DNA from: Verrucomicrobia bacterium ADurb.Bin018
Lineage (GTDB): Bacteria; Verrucomicrobiota; Kiritimatiellia; CAIQIC01; Lenti-01
Reading direction: 5' to 3'
Length of the DNA stretch: 57,050 nt
NCBI GenBank assembly: GCA_002071335.1
Contig: MWEZ01000002.1
Span: forward strand, 1 to 57,050
Positions within the stretch are counted from its first letter, which is position 1; each line of letters opens with the position of its first letter. The position numbers were made by a program, and so were the translations under genes. The notes beneath the pieces are model-generated. The model made no database searches and was not told the origin of the DNA. It worked only from the letters and a program-made list of their open reading frames with translations. Positions 25,610 to 40,800 of this stretch are shown here, in pieces.

Positions 25610-27157
25610 TTAGTCCCGCCGCGTGCCGGCGGCGCGCAGCACTTCGGCCACGGAAGTCACACCGGCCAAAATCTTGTCCAAGCCGTCATCGAGCATATCG
25701 CGGAAACCCGCCGCGACGGCCTGCCGGCGCAATTCCGCCGGCGGCACATTTTTGCGGATGGCTTCGGCCAGCGGCGGCGTGACGGCCAGCAATTCATAAA
25801 TGCCGGTGCGCCCCTTGTAGCCGCCGAGGCATTCCGCGCAGCCGGCGCCCGACGGCTCCCACGCGGGTCGCCCGGCCAGCGCCGGTTGGCCAAATACAGC
25901 GGCATCAGTGGCGGTGAGTGTGGTTTCGCGCCGGCAGTTGGGGCACAAGCGTCGTACGAGCCGCTGGGCCAGCATCGCGCGCGAGGCGGCGGCCAGCAGA
26001 TACGGCGGGATGCCCATGTCCACCATGCGCGTCATGGCGCCCACCGCGTCGTTGGTGTGCAGCGTGGTGAAGACCAGATGGCCGGTCAACGAGGCGCGCA
26101 CCACGATCTCCGCGGTTTCCAAATCGCGGGTTTCGCCGACGAGCACCACATCCGGGTCCTGCCGCAGCAGGTGCCGCAGGCCGCGCGCGAACGTCAGCCC
26201 GATTTTGGGATGCACCTGCACTTGGCCGATGTTGGGCAACTGGTATTCGATGGGGTCTTCGATGGTCAGCACGTTGAGATGCGCGGTGTCCAGCTCGCGC
26301 AACGTGGCATAGAGCGTGGTAGTTTTGCCACTGCCGGTTGGCCCGGTGACGAGCACAATGCCGTGCGGTTCGCGCAGAATATCGCGGAACTGGGCCAGCA
26401 TGGCGGGCGCGATGCCCAGCTCATTCAACGAATAGCGCGTGGATTCGCGGTGCAGCAGGCGCAGCACGATGCGCTCGCCTTCGGCGACGGGCACGCTGGA
26501 CACGCGCACATCAATCTCGCGCGCCCCCACCCGCACCCGCGCCACGCCGTCCTGCGGCAGACGCTTTTCGGCCAAGTCCAATTTGGCCATCACCTTGAGG
26601 CGGGCGGTCAGCGCGCCTTCCAAATGGCGTGGCGGGCGCGGCTGTTCGTAGAGCAGGCCGTCAATCCGGTAGCGCACGGTCAGAGTGTTGGCGAACGGCT
26701 CAATATGAATATCCGACGCGCCCCGTTTGACGGCCTCCAGCAACACGAGGTTCACGTAGTTGGCCACAGGAGCATCCGCGTGGCCGGCCAGCAGGTCGTC
26801 CGCCTCGCGCGCGGCAGGCGTGCCCGCGCCGCCGGCCACCGCGGCTTGGCCCGCTTGCTCGGCGGCTTCGTCCGTTTGGCCCGCGCGCCGGAAATAGCAC
26901 CGATCAATCGCGCGCTGGATTTCGGCGGCCGGCGCGGTGACCCACACGGCCTCCACGCCCAGCAGCAGCGATAAATCTTCGTAGGCTTGCAGCGCAGCAT
27001 TTTCCGCGCCGGCAATGGCCACGGCCCCATTCCAGCGCAGCGGCACGAGGCCATGCCGCCGCACCCAATCCACGGGCACCGTTTCGATCAACGCCGGGTC
27101 GAGCCATTCGTCGGCAATGCGTTCCAGCGCGGGTCGGCCTGGCGCCGCGGCGCTCAT
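25610..27157 (-). CDS. gspE: type II secretion ATPase (GspE family)
   Basis: Walker A GPTGSGKTTT, Asp/His boxes and a tetracysteine motif (CPNC...CAEC). The start overlaps the gspD stop. Confidence 0.92.
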   Translation of the reverse strand: MSAAAPGRPALERIADEWLDPALIETVPVDWVRRHGLVPLRWNGAVAIAGAENAALQAYEDLSLLLGVEAVWVTAPAAEIQRAIDRCYFRRAGQTDEAAEQAGQAAVAGGAGTPAAREADDLLAGHADAPVANYVNLVLLEAVKRGASDIHIEPFANTLTVRYRIDGLLYEQPRPPRHLEGALTARLKVMAKLDLAEKRLPQDGVARVRVGAREIDVRVSSVPVAEGERIVLRLLHRESTRYSLNELGIAPAMLAQFRDILREPHGIVLVTGPTGSGKTTTLYATLRELDTAHLNVLTIEDPIEYQLPNIGQVQVHPKIGLTFARGLRHLLRQDPDVVLVGETRDLETAEIVVRASLTGHLVFTTLHTNDAVGAMTRMVDMGIPPYLLAAASRAMLAQRLVRRLCPNCRRETTLTATDAAVFGQPALAGRPAWEPSGAGCAECLGGYKGRTGIYELLAVTPPLAEAIRKNVPPAELRRQAVAAGFRDMLDDGLDKILAGVTSVAEVLRAAGTRRD

Positions 27158-29229
27158 GGCTGGTCACCCGCCGGCGCCGCGCGCTTTTGCTTCTGACCGC
27201 GTTTGGGCGGCGGCGCGGGAGCAGGCGCGGTTTCCGGGTCCGGCGCGTCCAATGCCGTGGTGGCGTCTTGCAGGCTGGTGGCACGCTCCAACCGCTCGCG
27301 TTCCGCCTCGGCCGCGTGCATATCCGTCACAATGCGCGGCGTGACGAAAATCAACAAATTGGTCCGCCGTTTGGAAATGCTGGACGAGCGAAACAGGGCG
27401 CCCAGCAGGGGGATATCGCCCAGCACCGGGATTTTGCTGACGATGCGCGTGTTGTCCTCGCGGATCAGGCCGCTAATCACCACCGTGGCGCGGTCAGGAA
27501 CCGTCACCGAGGTTTTGACTTCGCGCTTGGCGATGGTCGGGGTGTAGAGCAGGGCCGGGTCGCTCTGCTGCACAATGGATTCAATACTGGGGTTCAAGTC
27601 CAACTGGATTTCGCGCTCCGGATTCACATGCGGGGTCAGCGTCAACTTGATGCCCACATCCTGCCGCTCGATGTTTTGGATGTAGTCGCGCCCACTGCCG
27701 GAGCCCTCGACCGACGATTTCAGGATGGGGATGTTTTCGACCACGCTCACCGAGGCTTCCAGATTGTTTTGCGCCCAGAGCGGGATGTTCGAAAGAATCT
27801 TCAAGTTGTGTTCGCCGGCCACTGCCCGCAGGAACAGTGGAATCTGGTTATACACCGTGCCATCCGGCGCGGTGAATGTGCCGCTGATGATGCCGCCCAC
27901 GAAGCCCTGCGGGAACGCAAAGTTGGTGAGCAGGTTGAACATGGCGTCGGCGGTGCCGTAGCGCGACCGCCCGAAGCCACCGGTGCCCTTGCCCGTGGGC
28001 TGATCCAAGCCGAACCATTCCACGCTGACATCGCGCCCTTTTTCGAGATTCACCTCGGCAATCAGCACTTCCACCAGCACCTGCTGGGGCACCACATCCA
28101 GCCGCTCCACCAAGCGGCGGACATATTCAAAGTTTTGCGGCGAAGCATCCACCAGCAGCGCGTTGTTCGCGATGCTCGGCTCGATAGCGATATCCCGCTG
28201 CGCGGGCAGGCCATCGGCCGCCGGCGCCTTGCCGAGCAGCGCGTTGAGGCTCTTGGCCGCTTCTTCCGCCGATAGATAATTCAGGAAAATAGCGTTGAGT
28301 CGCCCAATCCCGTGCGGATTTTCCACATCCATTTTTTGAATGATGCCCTTGGTCTCGGCGATCTGCATGGGCAGGCCCACCAGAATCAGGCTGTTGGCCT
28401 GCGGCACCGGCACCACGGTGAAATCGGTCGGCAGGCTGCCCGTGCCGCCGGCCACCTGCTCAAAGTGGCGGTTGATTTTGTTGACGGCGCTATCCGTTGC
28501 GCCAATGGTGGCGCGCAGTTGTTCGGCCACGGCCTCCACACTGGCATATTTCAGCGGCACCACCTCGATGACGTTGCCGGTGCCGGGCTGGTCAATCTGA
28601 GCCACCAGCGCCTCCAGCCGCGCCACGTTGCCGGCGGTGTCGGTCACAATCAGGTGGTTGCCCGGGGCGAACACTTCCAGCCCGCCCTCGCGCCCGCCGC
28701 GCACGAGACCCTCAAAACTCTTTTTGACGTGCACCGCGCTGACGTGCTGCAACGGGATCAGCTTGGTCACCAAGCCATCCGCCGCATCCAGACTGGCCGG
28801 CAGCGACGGCCCGGCCGGCAGCGGCGTAACCTGGCACACGCCAGCGCGCTCCACCACGGTGTAGCCGCTGGCTTCCAGTGCGTTGAGATACAAGGGATAA
28901 ATTTCTGACACCGGTACGGGCTCCGGCACCAGAATGCTCACCCGGCCCGTGACCCCCTCCGGCACCACGAACTTTTTGTTGATGTATTTGCCGACAATCT
29001 GCGTCACCAGCCGGATGTCCGCCTGCTCGAAACTGAACTGCACTTTTGCGGCGGAACTCAGCGGCGCCACCGGTGCCACGGGCTCCGTAGCGGCGCCCGC
29101 GGCTTCATAGGCCGGCGCCAGGAGCGTCGGCTCTGGCGCTTGCGTCCACCCGGCCGTGGCCCACGCCGCGCCCAACAGCGCGCCTGCCGCGACCCTCGCC
29201 CACGCCCCGCCCTGCTTGTGCTTGTTCAT
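27154..29229 (-). CDS. gspD: type II secretion system secretin (GspD family)
   Basis: 691 aa with a signal peptide, repeated secretin N-domains and the C-terminal secretin core (VPVLGDIPLLGALFR...NLLIFVTPRIV). Confidence 0.9.
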   Translation of the reverse strand: MNKHKQGGAWARVAAGALLGAAWATAGWTQAPEPTLLAPAYEAAGAATEPVAPVAPLSSAAKVQFSFEQADIRLVTQIVGKYINKKFVVPEGVTGRVSILVPEPVPVSEIYPLYLNALEASGYTVVERAGVCQVTPLPAGPSLPASLDAADGLVTKLIPLQHVSAVHVKKSFEGLVRGGREGGLEVFAPGNHLIVTDTAGNVARLEALVAQIDQPGTGNVIEVVPLKYASVEAVAEQLRATIGATDSAVNKINRHFEQVAGGTGSLPTDFTVVPVPQANSLILVGLPMQIAETKGIIQKMDVENPHGIGRLNAIFLNYLSAEEAAKSLNALLGKAPAADGLPAQRDIAIEPSIANNALLVDASPQNFEYVRRLVERLDVVPQQVLVEVLIAEVNLEKGRDVSVEWFGLDQPTGKGTGGFGRSRYGTADAMFNLLTNFAFPQGFVGGIISGTFTAPDGTVYNQIPLFLRAVAGEHNLKILSNIPLWAQNNLEASVSVVENIPILKSSVEGSGSGRDYIQNIERQDVGIKLTLTPHVNPEREIQLDLNPSIESIVQQSDPALLYTPTIAKREVKTSVTVPDRATVVISGLIREDNTRIVSKIPVLGDIPLLGALFRSSSISKRRTNLLIFVTPRIVTDMHAAEAERERLERATSLQDATTALDAPDPETAPAPAPPPKRGQKQKRAAPAGDQP

Positions 29230-30002
29230 CTGGATATGCCTCGCTCGCTCTTGCGGATGAAGTCCACAAAATGCTCGATGGGCGCCGATGTTGCCACCGT
29301 CGCCACAATTTTCTCCAACGCCGCCGCCACGGTCAGGTCGGAGCGATACACAATTTTATAGGCCTCTTTCAGCGCCTGCTGAACTTCTAGCGGGATGCCG
29401 TGGCGCTCCAACCCCACTTTGTTCGGGCCATAGACCTTCAGCGGGTCGCCATCGGCCATCATATAAGGCGGTACATCCTTCACCACCTTGGTGAACCCGC
29501 CCACGATGCTCATCCGCCCCACCCGCACGAACTGGTGCACCCCCGTCAGACCGCCGATGATGGCTTCATCCTCCACGATCACGTGCCCCGCCAACGTGGC
29601 GTTGTTGGCCATGATGACGCGGTCGCCCACGACGCAGTCGTGCGCCACATGGCAATAGGCCATGATCAGGCACTTGGCGCCCACGCGCGTTTCACCACCA
29701 TCAAAGGTGGCACAATTCAACGTGGCGCATTCGCGAATGACGGTTTGTTCGCCCACGATCAGGCGCGGCGCGCCGCCTTTGTACTTCAGGTCCTGCGTTT
29801 TGCCGCCCACGCTGGCAAACGGCCAAACCTCACAGCCTGCGCCCAACGTGGTATGCCCTTCCACACTCACGTGCGAACGCAACACAACGCGATCCCCCAA
29901 CCGCACGTTCTCGCCCACCATGCAGAACGGACCGACAACCGCATCCGCCCCCAACTCCGCGTTGGGGTGCACCACGGCCAGCGGATGGATGCTCACCCCC
30001 AT
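29226..30002 (-). CDS. lpxA: acyl-ACP--UDP-N-acetylglucosamine O-acyltransferase
   Basis: MGVSIHPLAVVHPNAELG starts the hexapeptide-repeat LpxA fold. The start was set at ATG 30002 (track ORF extends to 30302). The stop overlaps the gspD start (ATGA). Confidence 0.9.
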   Translation of the reverse strand: MGVSIHPLAVVHPNAELGADAVVGPFCMVGENVRLGDRVVLRSHVSVEGHTTLGAGCEVWPFASVGGKTQDLKYKGGAPRLIVGEQTVIRECATLNCATFDGGETRVGAKCLIMAYCHVAHDCVVGDRVIMANNATLAGHVIVEDEAIIGGLTGVHQFVRVGRMSIVGGFTKVVKDVPPYMMADGDPLKVYGPNKVGLERHGIPLEVQQALKEAYKIVYRSDLTVAAALEKIVATVATSAPIEHFVDFIRKSERGISR

Positions 30003-30004
30003 GC

Positions 30005-30439
30005 CTATTTGCCTCCGCCGAACATCATTTCGGCCTCGCACGCCAACTCGCCATCCACCAGCGTCCGGCCGGCTACTTTTGCCATGCCCATGCGTAGCCG
30101 CAGCAATTTGATTTCCATCCGCATCTGATCCCCTGGCACCACCATTCGGCGGAACTTCGCCTGATCCACGCCCAGATAATACGACACTTTCCCTGCCGAC
30201 CCCACCACCGTATTCAGCAGGATTCCCGCCGTCTGCGCCATCGCCTCCAACTGCAAAACGCCCGGGAAAATCGGCAACCCCGGAAAGTGCCCCTGGAAGC
30301 ACGGTTCATTCGCCGCCACGTTTTTGATCCCCACGATCCAATCCTTGTTGTTGCATTCCACAATGCGGTCCACCAGTAGGAACGGATGCCGGTGCGGCAA
30401 AATGTTCAAGATATCTTTGGCTTCCAGAACAGTATTCAT
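30005..30439 (-). CDS. fabZ: 3-hydroxyacyl-ACP dehydratase
   Basis: 144 aa with ILPHRHPFLLVDRI and the FQGHFPG...PGVL hot-dog signature. Confidence 0.95.
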   Translation of the reverse strand: MNTVLEAKDILNILPHRHPFLLVDRIVECNNKDWIVGIKNVAANEPCFQGHFPGLPIFPGVLQLEAMAQTAGILLNTVVGSAGKVSYYLGVDQAKFRRMVVPGDQMRMEIKLLRLRMGMAKVAGRTLVDGELACEAEMMFGGGK

Positions 30440-30584
30440 CAGACGTCTCCTTCACAAGAATCGGGGCAGCCTAGCATTCTTTGCATACCGCCGACAAATC
30501 CCAAAACACGCCGCGGCGGTTCAATTGCGCTTGCCCCGCTGTGCCCGGCCACGTATCGTGGCCCCATCGCGCGAAAGGCTCAAT

Positions 30585-31886
30585 ATGTCGCAACACCACC
30601 GCCGCTGGTTCCTCAAGGAAGTACCCTCCCTGCTCGCGGACGGCGTCATTGATGCCGACACCGCCCGCCGATTGGAAGCGCGCTACACCACGGCCGAACC
30701 CGGCCGCAACCGGGCGCTGACTGTTTTCAGCATTTTGGGCGGCACCTTGGTAGGCCTGGGCATCATTTTGTTGCTGGCCCATAACTGGGCGGAGCTGTCG
30801 CGCGCGACCCGCACCGCCTTGGCCTTCGCACCGCTGATCTGCGCGCAAGCCCTCGCCGTCTGGCTGATTCGCTCCGGTCGCGACTCCGCCGCGTGGCGCG
30901 AAGGCGTCGGCCTCTTCTGGACGTTTGCCATCGGCGCCGCAATTGCCCTCGTGGCGCAGACCTACCATATCCCCGGCGATGCCGGACGTTTCGCCATGAC
31001 GTGGATGCTGCTCACGCTGCCGGTGATTTATCTGCTGAATGCCAGCGGGCCCGCGCTGGTCTATCTGGCCGGCATGCTCTTCTGGGCCGCCGATACCCAA
31101 GACAACGGTGGCGCCGCATGGGTCTTTTGGCCGCTGGCCGCCCTCCTGCTACCCCACACCTATCCCGCGGTACGGCAAAATCCTTACGGCTCCCGCGCCG
31201 CGGTGCTACTCTGGGGCGGTACGGTGGCTTTGTGCATTGCCACCGCCATTACGCTGGAAGATTTGGTGAGGGATCGCTGGGTATTTGTGTATGCCGTTCT
31301 TTTTGCCGCACTCTATCTGGCCGGAGAAAACTGGCTGGCCGATGCCACCTCCAACTGGCAACGCCCACTGCGAACCATTGGTGGCGGTGGCTGCGTGGTG
31401 CTGACCTTCCAGCTCACCTACGACTGGATGTGGGACGATTTCACCTGGCTTTTCTGGACGAATCACCTGCAAAACAACTACGCCGCCATTCTATCTAACC
31501 TCATTCTCGCGCTTATGGCTGTGGCGGTCATTGCGTTGCTGGTGCGTAGTGCGCGGCACGGCAAAACCCACGCCCTCTTCATCGGCGCGCTGCCCATCAT
31601 GGTCGGCCTCGGCAATTTCATCGCGCACAAATTCGGCGGCGGGGCCATCTGCCTGGCGAACCTCTACGCTTTCGGATTGGGCCTCGACCTCCTTATTCGT
31701 GGCTTCCGGACCCGCCGCAATGGCACCGTCAATTTGGGGCTGCTGCTCCTCTTTACCCTGATTCTGTTGCGGTTTTGGGATGAGCGCTTCGGGTTTGTGC
31801 TTCGCGGCGTGATCTTCGTCGTGCTGGGCCTCGCCTTCTTGTCCGTCAATCTGTTCTTGGCCCGCCACAAAAAGGCCACACCATGA
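30585..31886 (+). CDS. DUF2157-like polytopic membrane protein
   Basis: N-terminal soluble segment (WFLKEVPSLLADGVIDADTARRLEARY) followed by many TM helices. The start was set at ATG 30585, in frame with track ORF 30324. Confidence 0.65.
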   Translation: MSQHHRRWFLKEVPSLLADGVIDADTARRLEARYTTAEPGRNRALTVFSILGGTLVGLGIILLLAHNWAELSRATRTALAFAPLICAQALAVWLIRSGRDSAAWREGVGLFWTFAIGAAIALVAQTYHIPGDAGRFAMTWMLLTLPVIYLLNASGPALVYLAGMLFWAADTQDNGGAAWVFWPLAALLLPHTYPAVRQNPYGSRAAVLLWGGTVALCIATAITLEDLVRDRWVFVYAVLFAALYLAGENWLADATSNWQRPLRTIGGGGCVVLTFQLTYDWMWDDFTWLFWTNHLQNNYAAILSNLILALMAVAVIALLVRSARHGKTHALFIGALPIMVGLGNFIAHKFGGGAICLANLYAFGLGLDLLIRGFRTRRNGTVNLGLLLLFTLILLRFWDERFGFVLRGVIFVVLGLAFLSVNLFLARHKKATP

Positions 31887-32434
31887 AAAAGTCCACGCTA
31901 TTGACTCTGCTGGCCCTCGTCATCGGTCTGCAACTGGCTATCCCCGGCGGCATGATCTTGCGCCGCGAATACGTGCTGAGCCACGGCCGCGCCTTCAAGT
32001 TCCGCGTGGGCCCCGTGGACCCCCACGACCCCTTCCGGGGCCGCTACGTCGCCTTGCGCTTTGCCCAAAACTCCGTAGCAATACCCCCCGGCCTCACCAT
32101 TCGCCGCAACCAGACCGTGCATGTCTTGCTGGGCGAAGACGACAACGGCTTCGCCATCTTCACCGGCCTGCAACTCACCCGGCCCAAATCCGATCCCTAC
32201 CTGACCACCCGCGTGAATTCGGCTTATAGCGGCAATGCCATTTTGCGCCTGCCCTTTGACCGCTTCTACATGGATGAAAAATCCGCGCCCACGGCGGAAA
32301 TCGTTGCCCGCAACTCGCTGGCCGACACCAACCGGCCCACCTACGCGGAAGTCCGCATCAGCCGCGGCTTCGCCGTCCTCGCCGACCTCTACGTCGCCGA
32401 CCGCCCCATCCGCGAAGTCCTCGCCGCCCCATAG
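31883..32434 (+). CDS. GDYXXLXY-domain protein
   Basis: 183 aa with one N-terminal TM and the DPHDPFRGRYVALRF motif. Has a 4-nt overlap with the upstream membrane-protein gene, its usual partner. Confidence 0.65.
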   Translation: MKKSTLLTLLALVIGLQLAIPGGMILRREYVLSHGRAFKFRVGPVDPHDPFRGRYVALRFAQNSVAIPPGLTIRRNQTVHVLLGEDDNGFAIFTGLQLTRPKSDPYLTTRVNSAYSGNAILRLPFDRFYMDEKSAPTAEIVARNSLADTNRPTYAEVRISRGFAVLADLYVADRPIREVLAAP

Positions 32435-32566
32435 GATTTTGCGCTGTTTCACACGGTGCAAGTGCATTTGGTAAGCAAAATACTGCGCTTGTCCCAGCCT
32501 TCTGTATACACCATAATTCGCTCACGTTTGGCGCTGGGCGTTCGGCATCCGTAGAAAGGAAAGATT

Positions 32567-33472
32567 ATGGCTATTCCTGATTATCAATCGTGTATGCTCC
32601 CGCTCTTACGAGTTTTTGCCGATAAGCGTGAACATGCTTTCCGGGATACTGTGGAAGCGCTGGCTCGTGAATTTGATCTTTCCGAAGATGAGCGACGCGA
32701 AATGCTGCCCAGCGGGAACCAAGACGTATTCACCAACCGTGTCGGCTGGGCACGCACATACTTGAAAAAAGCCGGCCTGCTGGAATCCACCCGGCGTGGC
32801 TTCAATTAAATTACCCCTCGCGGACTATCAGTGCTCGCAGAAAAACCAAGCCGTATTGATGTGGCTTATTTGGGGCAATTCTCGGAATTTCAGGCTTTCC
32901 GAGCCTTACGGCACACGAAAGCCGAAGGTACACTCGAGCTTGAGTCGAACGCCGAAACGCCAGAAGAGGCATTGGAAGGTGCCTATCTCAAATTGCGCGC
33001 GGATGTCGCCGCCGATTTGCTCCAACGGCTGACGACATGTTCGCCACAATTTTTTGAACGATTGGTAGTCGAGGTTATTGTCAAGATGGGTTATGGCGGC
33101 ACACGCCAAGATGCCGGCAAAGTGCTTGGCAAACCGGGCGACGGCGGTATTGACGGTATTATCAAGGAAGACAAATTGGGATTGGATGCGATTTATATCC
33201 AAGCCAAGCGCTGGGAAAGCACAGTTGGTCGGCCCGAAATACAAAGATTTGTTGGCGCGCTGACCGGGCATCGAGCGAAAAAAGGCCTTTTCATCACCAC
33301 CTCAAACTTTTCAGCCGAAGCCCAAGCATATGTCACGAATATTGATGCCAAAGTCGTTTTGATTGATGGCGAGACATTGGCGCAACTCATGCTGGATCAC
33401 AATGTCGGGGTTTCGACTATCGGCACCTACGAAGTCAAAAAGGTGGATTCAGATTATTTTTCAGAAGAGTAA
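32567..33472 (+). pseudogene. mrr: Mrr-type restriction endonuclease interrupted by one in-frame TAA
   Basis: The Mrr N-terminal winged-helix part (32567-32806) and the catalytic part (GDGGIDGI...IQAKRW) are in the same frame. They are separated only by TAA at 32807-32809 (reads ...STRRGFN*ITPRGLSVLAEKPSRIDV...). The patch is lower in GC. Confidence 0.8.
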
Positions 33473-33534
33473 GGCTTCAATTATTCGCCATTCCCTGATG
33501 AATTGACCTATTTGGGGATAAAATTGCAGCAAGC

Positions 33535-33563
33535 AAAAGGCCCGGGGGGTACCCGGGCCTTTT
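33535..33563. terminator. bidirectional intrinsic terminator between mrr and rpoC
   Basis: AAAAGGCCCGGG-gggta-CCCGGGCCTTTT: a perfect GC-rich 8-bp stem flanked by an A-run and a T-run, so it reads as hairpin plus U-tract on both strands. Confidence 0.75.
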
Positions 33564-33593
33564 GAGTTACGCGGCGCGTGAAGCGCGCGTGAT

Positions 33594-37760
<4,167 letters not shown>

Positions 37761-37815
37761 CGGGGGCCTCCTCAATTGCAAAGGTTGATCATGGCGGCAA
37801 GTTCTTCGCGCGGGT

Positions 37816-40800
37816 TCAAGAGTTGTCCCGGCGTTGGACGCGGATATCCAGCGCGAGGCTCTGGATTTCCTTCATCAGAACGTTGAACGACTCCGGCACG
37901 CCCGCCTCGAGGGAGTTGGTTCCCTTGACGATGGACTCATAGATGCGCGTGCGGCCGGCGACGTCGTCGCTCTTGACCGTCAACAGTTCTTGCAGGGCGT
38001 AGGCTGCGCCATAGGCTTCCATGGCCCACACTTCCATTTCACCGAAACGCTGGCCGCCGTACTGTGCCTTGCCGCCCAGCGGCTGCTGGGTGACGAGGCT
38101 GTAGGGGCCGACGGCGCGGGCGTGAATCTTGTCGCTGACCAAGTGATGCAGTTTGAGCATGTAGATCACGCCCACCACCACCCGCTGGTCAAACGGCTCG
38201 CCCGTGCGGCCGTCGTAAAGCAGCGACTTGCCATCGTCCGGCAAATTCGCCTTCTTCATCATTTCCCAAATCTGGGCCTCGGGGCAGCCATCAAATACCG
38301 GTGTGGCGGCGTGCAGCCCCAGCACCCGGCAGGCAATGCCCAAGTGGGTTTCCAGCACCTGCCCCACGTTCATGCGGGAAGGCACCCCCAGCGGATTCAG
38401 CACAATGTCCACCGGCGTGCCATCCGGCATGAAGGGCATATCCTCTTCGGGGAGGATCTGCGCCACCACGCCCTTGTTGCCGTGCCGGCCGGACATTTTG
38501 TCGCCCACGCTCAGTTTCTTCTTGCTGGCAATGAACACCTTGACCTGCTTGATGATGCCGGTTTCGGTGTCTTCACCGCTTTCGAGGCGCAAGGACATGT
38601 TGTCGCGGTCGTCCTTCACCTGGGCAAACTTGGCGCTGTATTCGCTGATGATGTTGTTGATCTTCTGCTGAATCGGGCTCGGATCAATCGCAATCACATC
38701 ATAGGCCGCGGCCAGCTTGCGCAGCAGCGTCTTGGTGATCTTGCGGTTGGCCGGAATGATGATTTCGCCGGTTTCGCCGTTGAGGACTTCCAGCGGAATC
38801 TTTTCGCCGAGCAGGATATTGGAGAGCGCGTCGGTCAGATTTTCGGTGATTTCCGCTTCGCGCTTGTCGAAATCCTCCTGCATCTGCTTTTGCTGCTTAT
38901 TGCGCTCGGCCTTGCTCATCTTGGTCTGCTGCGGCAGGTCGCGCGACGTGGTCTTCACATCCATCACGATGCCGTAGGTGCCGCTGGGGACCGTCAGCGA
39001 TGTGTCGCGCACGTCCGCGGCCTTTTCACCAAAAATGGCGCGCAGCAGTTTTTCTTCCGGCGCCAGTTCGGTCTCACTCTTGGGCGTGATTTTGCCCACG
39101 AGAATGTCGCCGGGCTTCACTTCCGCGCCGATGCGCACCACGCCGTCCGAACCGAGGTTCTTCAGCGCTTCTTCGCCAACGTTCGGGATGTCGCGGGTGA
39201 TTTCTTCCGGCCCGAGCTTGGTGTCGCGCGCGCCGCACTCGAACTCCTCGATGTGCACGGAGGTGAACACGTCTTCGGCCACGAGGCGCTCATTGATCAG
39301 AATGGCGTCTTCGAAGTTGCTGCCGCACCACGGCATGAACGCCGCCAGCACGTTGCGCCCCAGCGCCAGCTCGCCGCCGTCCGTCAACGGGCCATCGGCC
39401 AGCACGTCGCCCTTCTTGACGCGTTGGCCCTTGCTGACCAGCGGGCGCTGGTTGATGCAGGTGCCGGCGTTGGAGCGGGTGAACTTGCGCAGTTCGTACG
39501 TCTGATATTCATCTTTGGGCGTCTTCTTGGTCGGCACGGAGCCATCCTTGGAGACCACGATGCGGTTGGCGGCCACATAGGCCACCTTGCCGGACTCCTG
39601 GGCAATGACCATCACGCGGCTGTCGCGGGCCACGCGCCCCTCGATGCCGGTGGCCACGTAGGGCGTCTCGGTCTGCAGGAGCGGCACGGCCTGGCGCTGC
39701 ATGTTGGCGCCCATCAGGGCGCGGTTGGCGTCGTCGTGCTCCAGGAACGGAATCAAGCCCGCCGCCACGGACACCACCTGCTTCGGCGAGACGTCCATGT
39801 AGTTGCAGCGCTTGGCATCCACTTCCAGAAATTCGCCGCGATAGCGGCCAGCCACGGTTTCGCGCGCAAACGTGCCGTCGGAATTGAGCGGGGCGTTGGC
39901 CTGCGCGATCACATAATGCTCTTCCTGGTCGGCGGTCAGGTAATCCACGGTATCGGTCACCTTGCCGTTCACCACGCGGCGGTACGGCGTCTCGATGAAC
40001 CCGAACTCATTCACCCGCGCAAACATCGAAAGCGACGAAATCAAGCCGATGTTCGGCCCTTCCGGCGTCTCGATCGGGCAAATGCGCCCGTAGTGCGAGG
40101 AATGCACGTCGCGGACCTCAAAGCCCGCGCGCTCGCGGCTCAAGCCGCCCGGCCCCAGTGCGCTCAAACGGCGCTTGTGGGTCAGTTCCGCCAGCGGATT
40201 GGTCTGATCCATGAACTGCGACAACTGGCTGCGCCCGAAGAAATCGCGAATCACCGCGGCCAGCGCCTTGGGGTTGATCAGTTTTTGCGGGGTCAGTTTT
40301 TCCGCCTGCTGGTCGAACACGGTCATGCGCTCGCGGACCACGCGCTCGGTGCGGGTCAGGCCCACGCGGCACTGGTTTTCCACCAGTTCGCCCACGGTGC
40401 GGATGCGCCGGCTGCCGAGGTGGTCAATATCGTCAATCGTGCCTTCGCCGCGGCGCAGGTTGATCAGATACTTGATCGCCGCCACGAAGTCTTCCTTCTC
40501 CAGCACGCGGCTCTCGTTCTTGGCGTCCAAGCCCAGCTTTTGCTGGATCTTGTAGCGGCCCACGCGGCCGAGATCATAGCGGCGCGGATCGAAGAAAATG
40601 CGTTTGAGCAACTGCCGGGCATTCGAGGTGGTGGCCGGATCGCCGGGGCGCAGCTTGGTATAGATATCCTTGAGCGCATCGTCGGTGGAGGCCGTCTGGT
40701 CCTTGCGCATGCTCTTCAGCAGCAGGCCTTCGTCCCAGGTCACATCCACCACATCCACGGTGGCGATGCCCGCGCTCTTCACTTCGTTGAGCATGTCGCG

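Noticed and set aside
32807-32809. Programmed read-through or recoding of the TAA inside mrr
   Set aside because: TAA is not a known recoding codon in bacteria and no recoding signal is evident. A nonsense mutation producing a pseudogene is the simpler reading.
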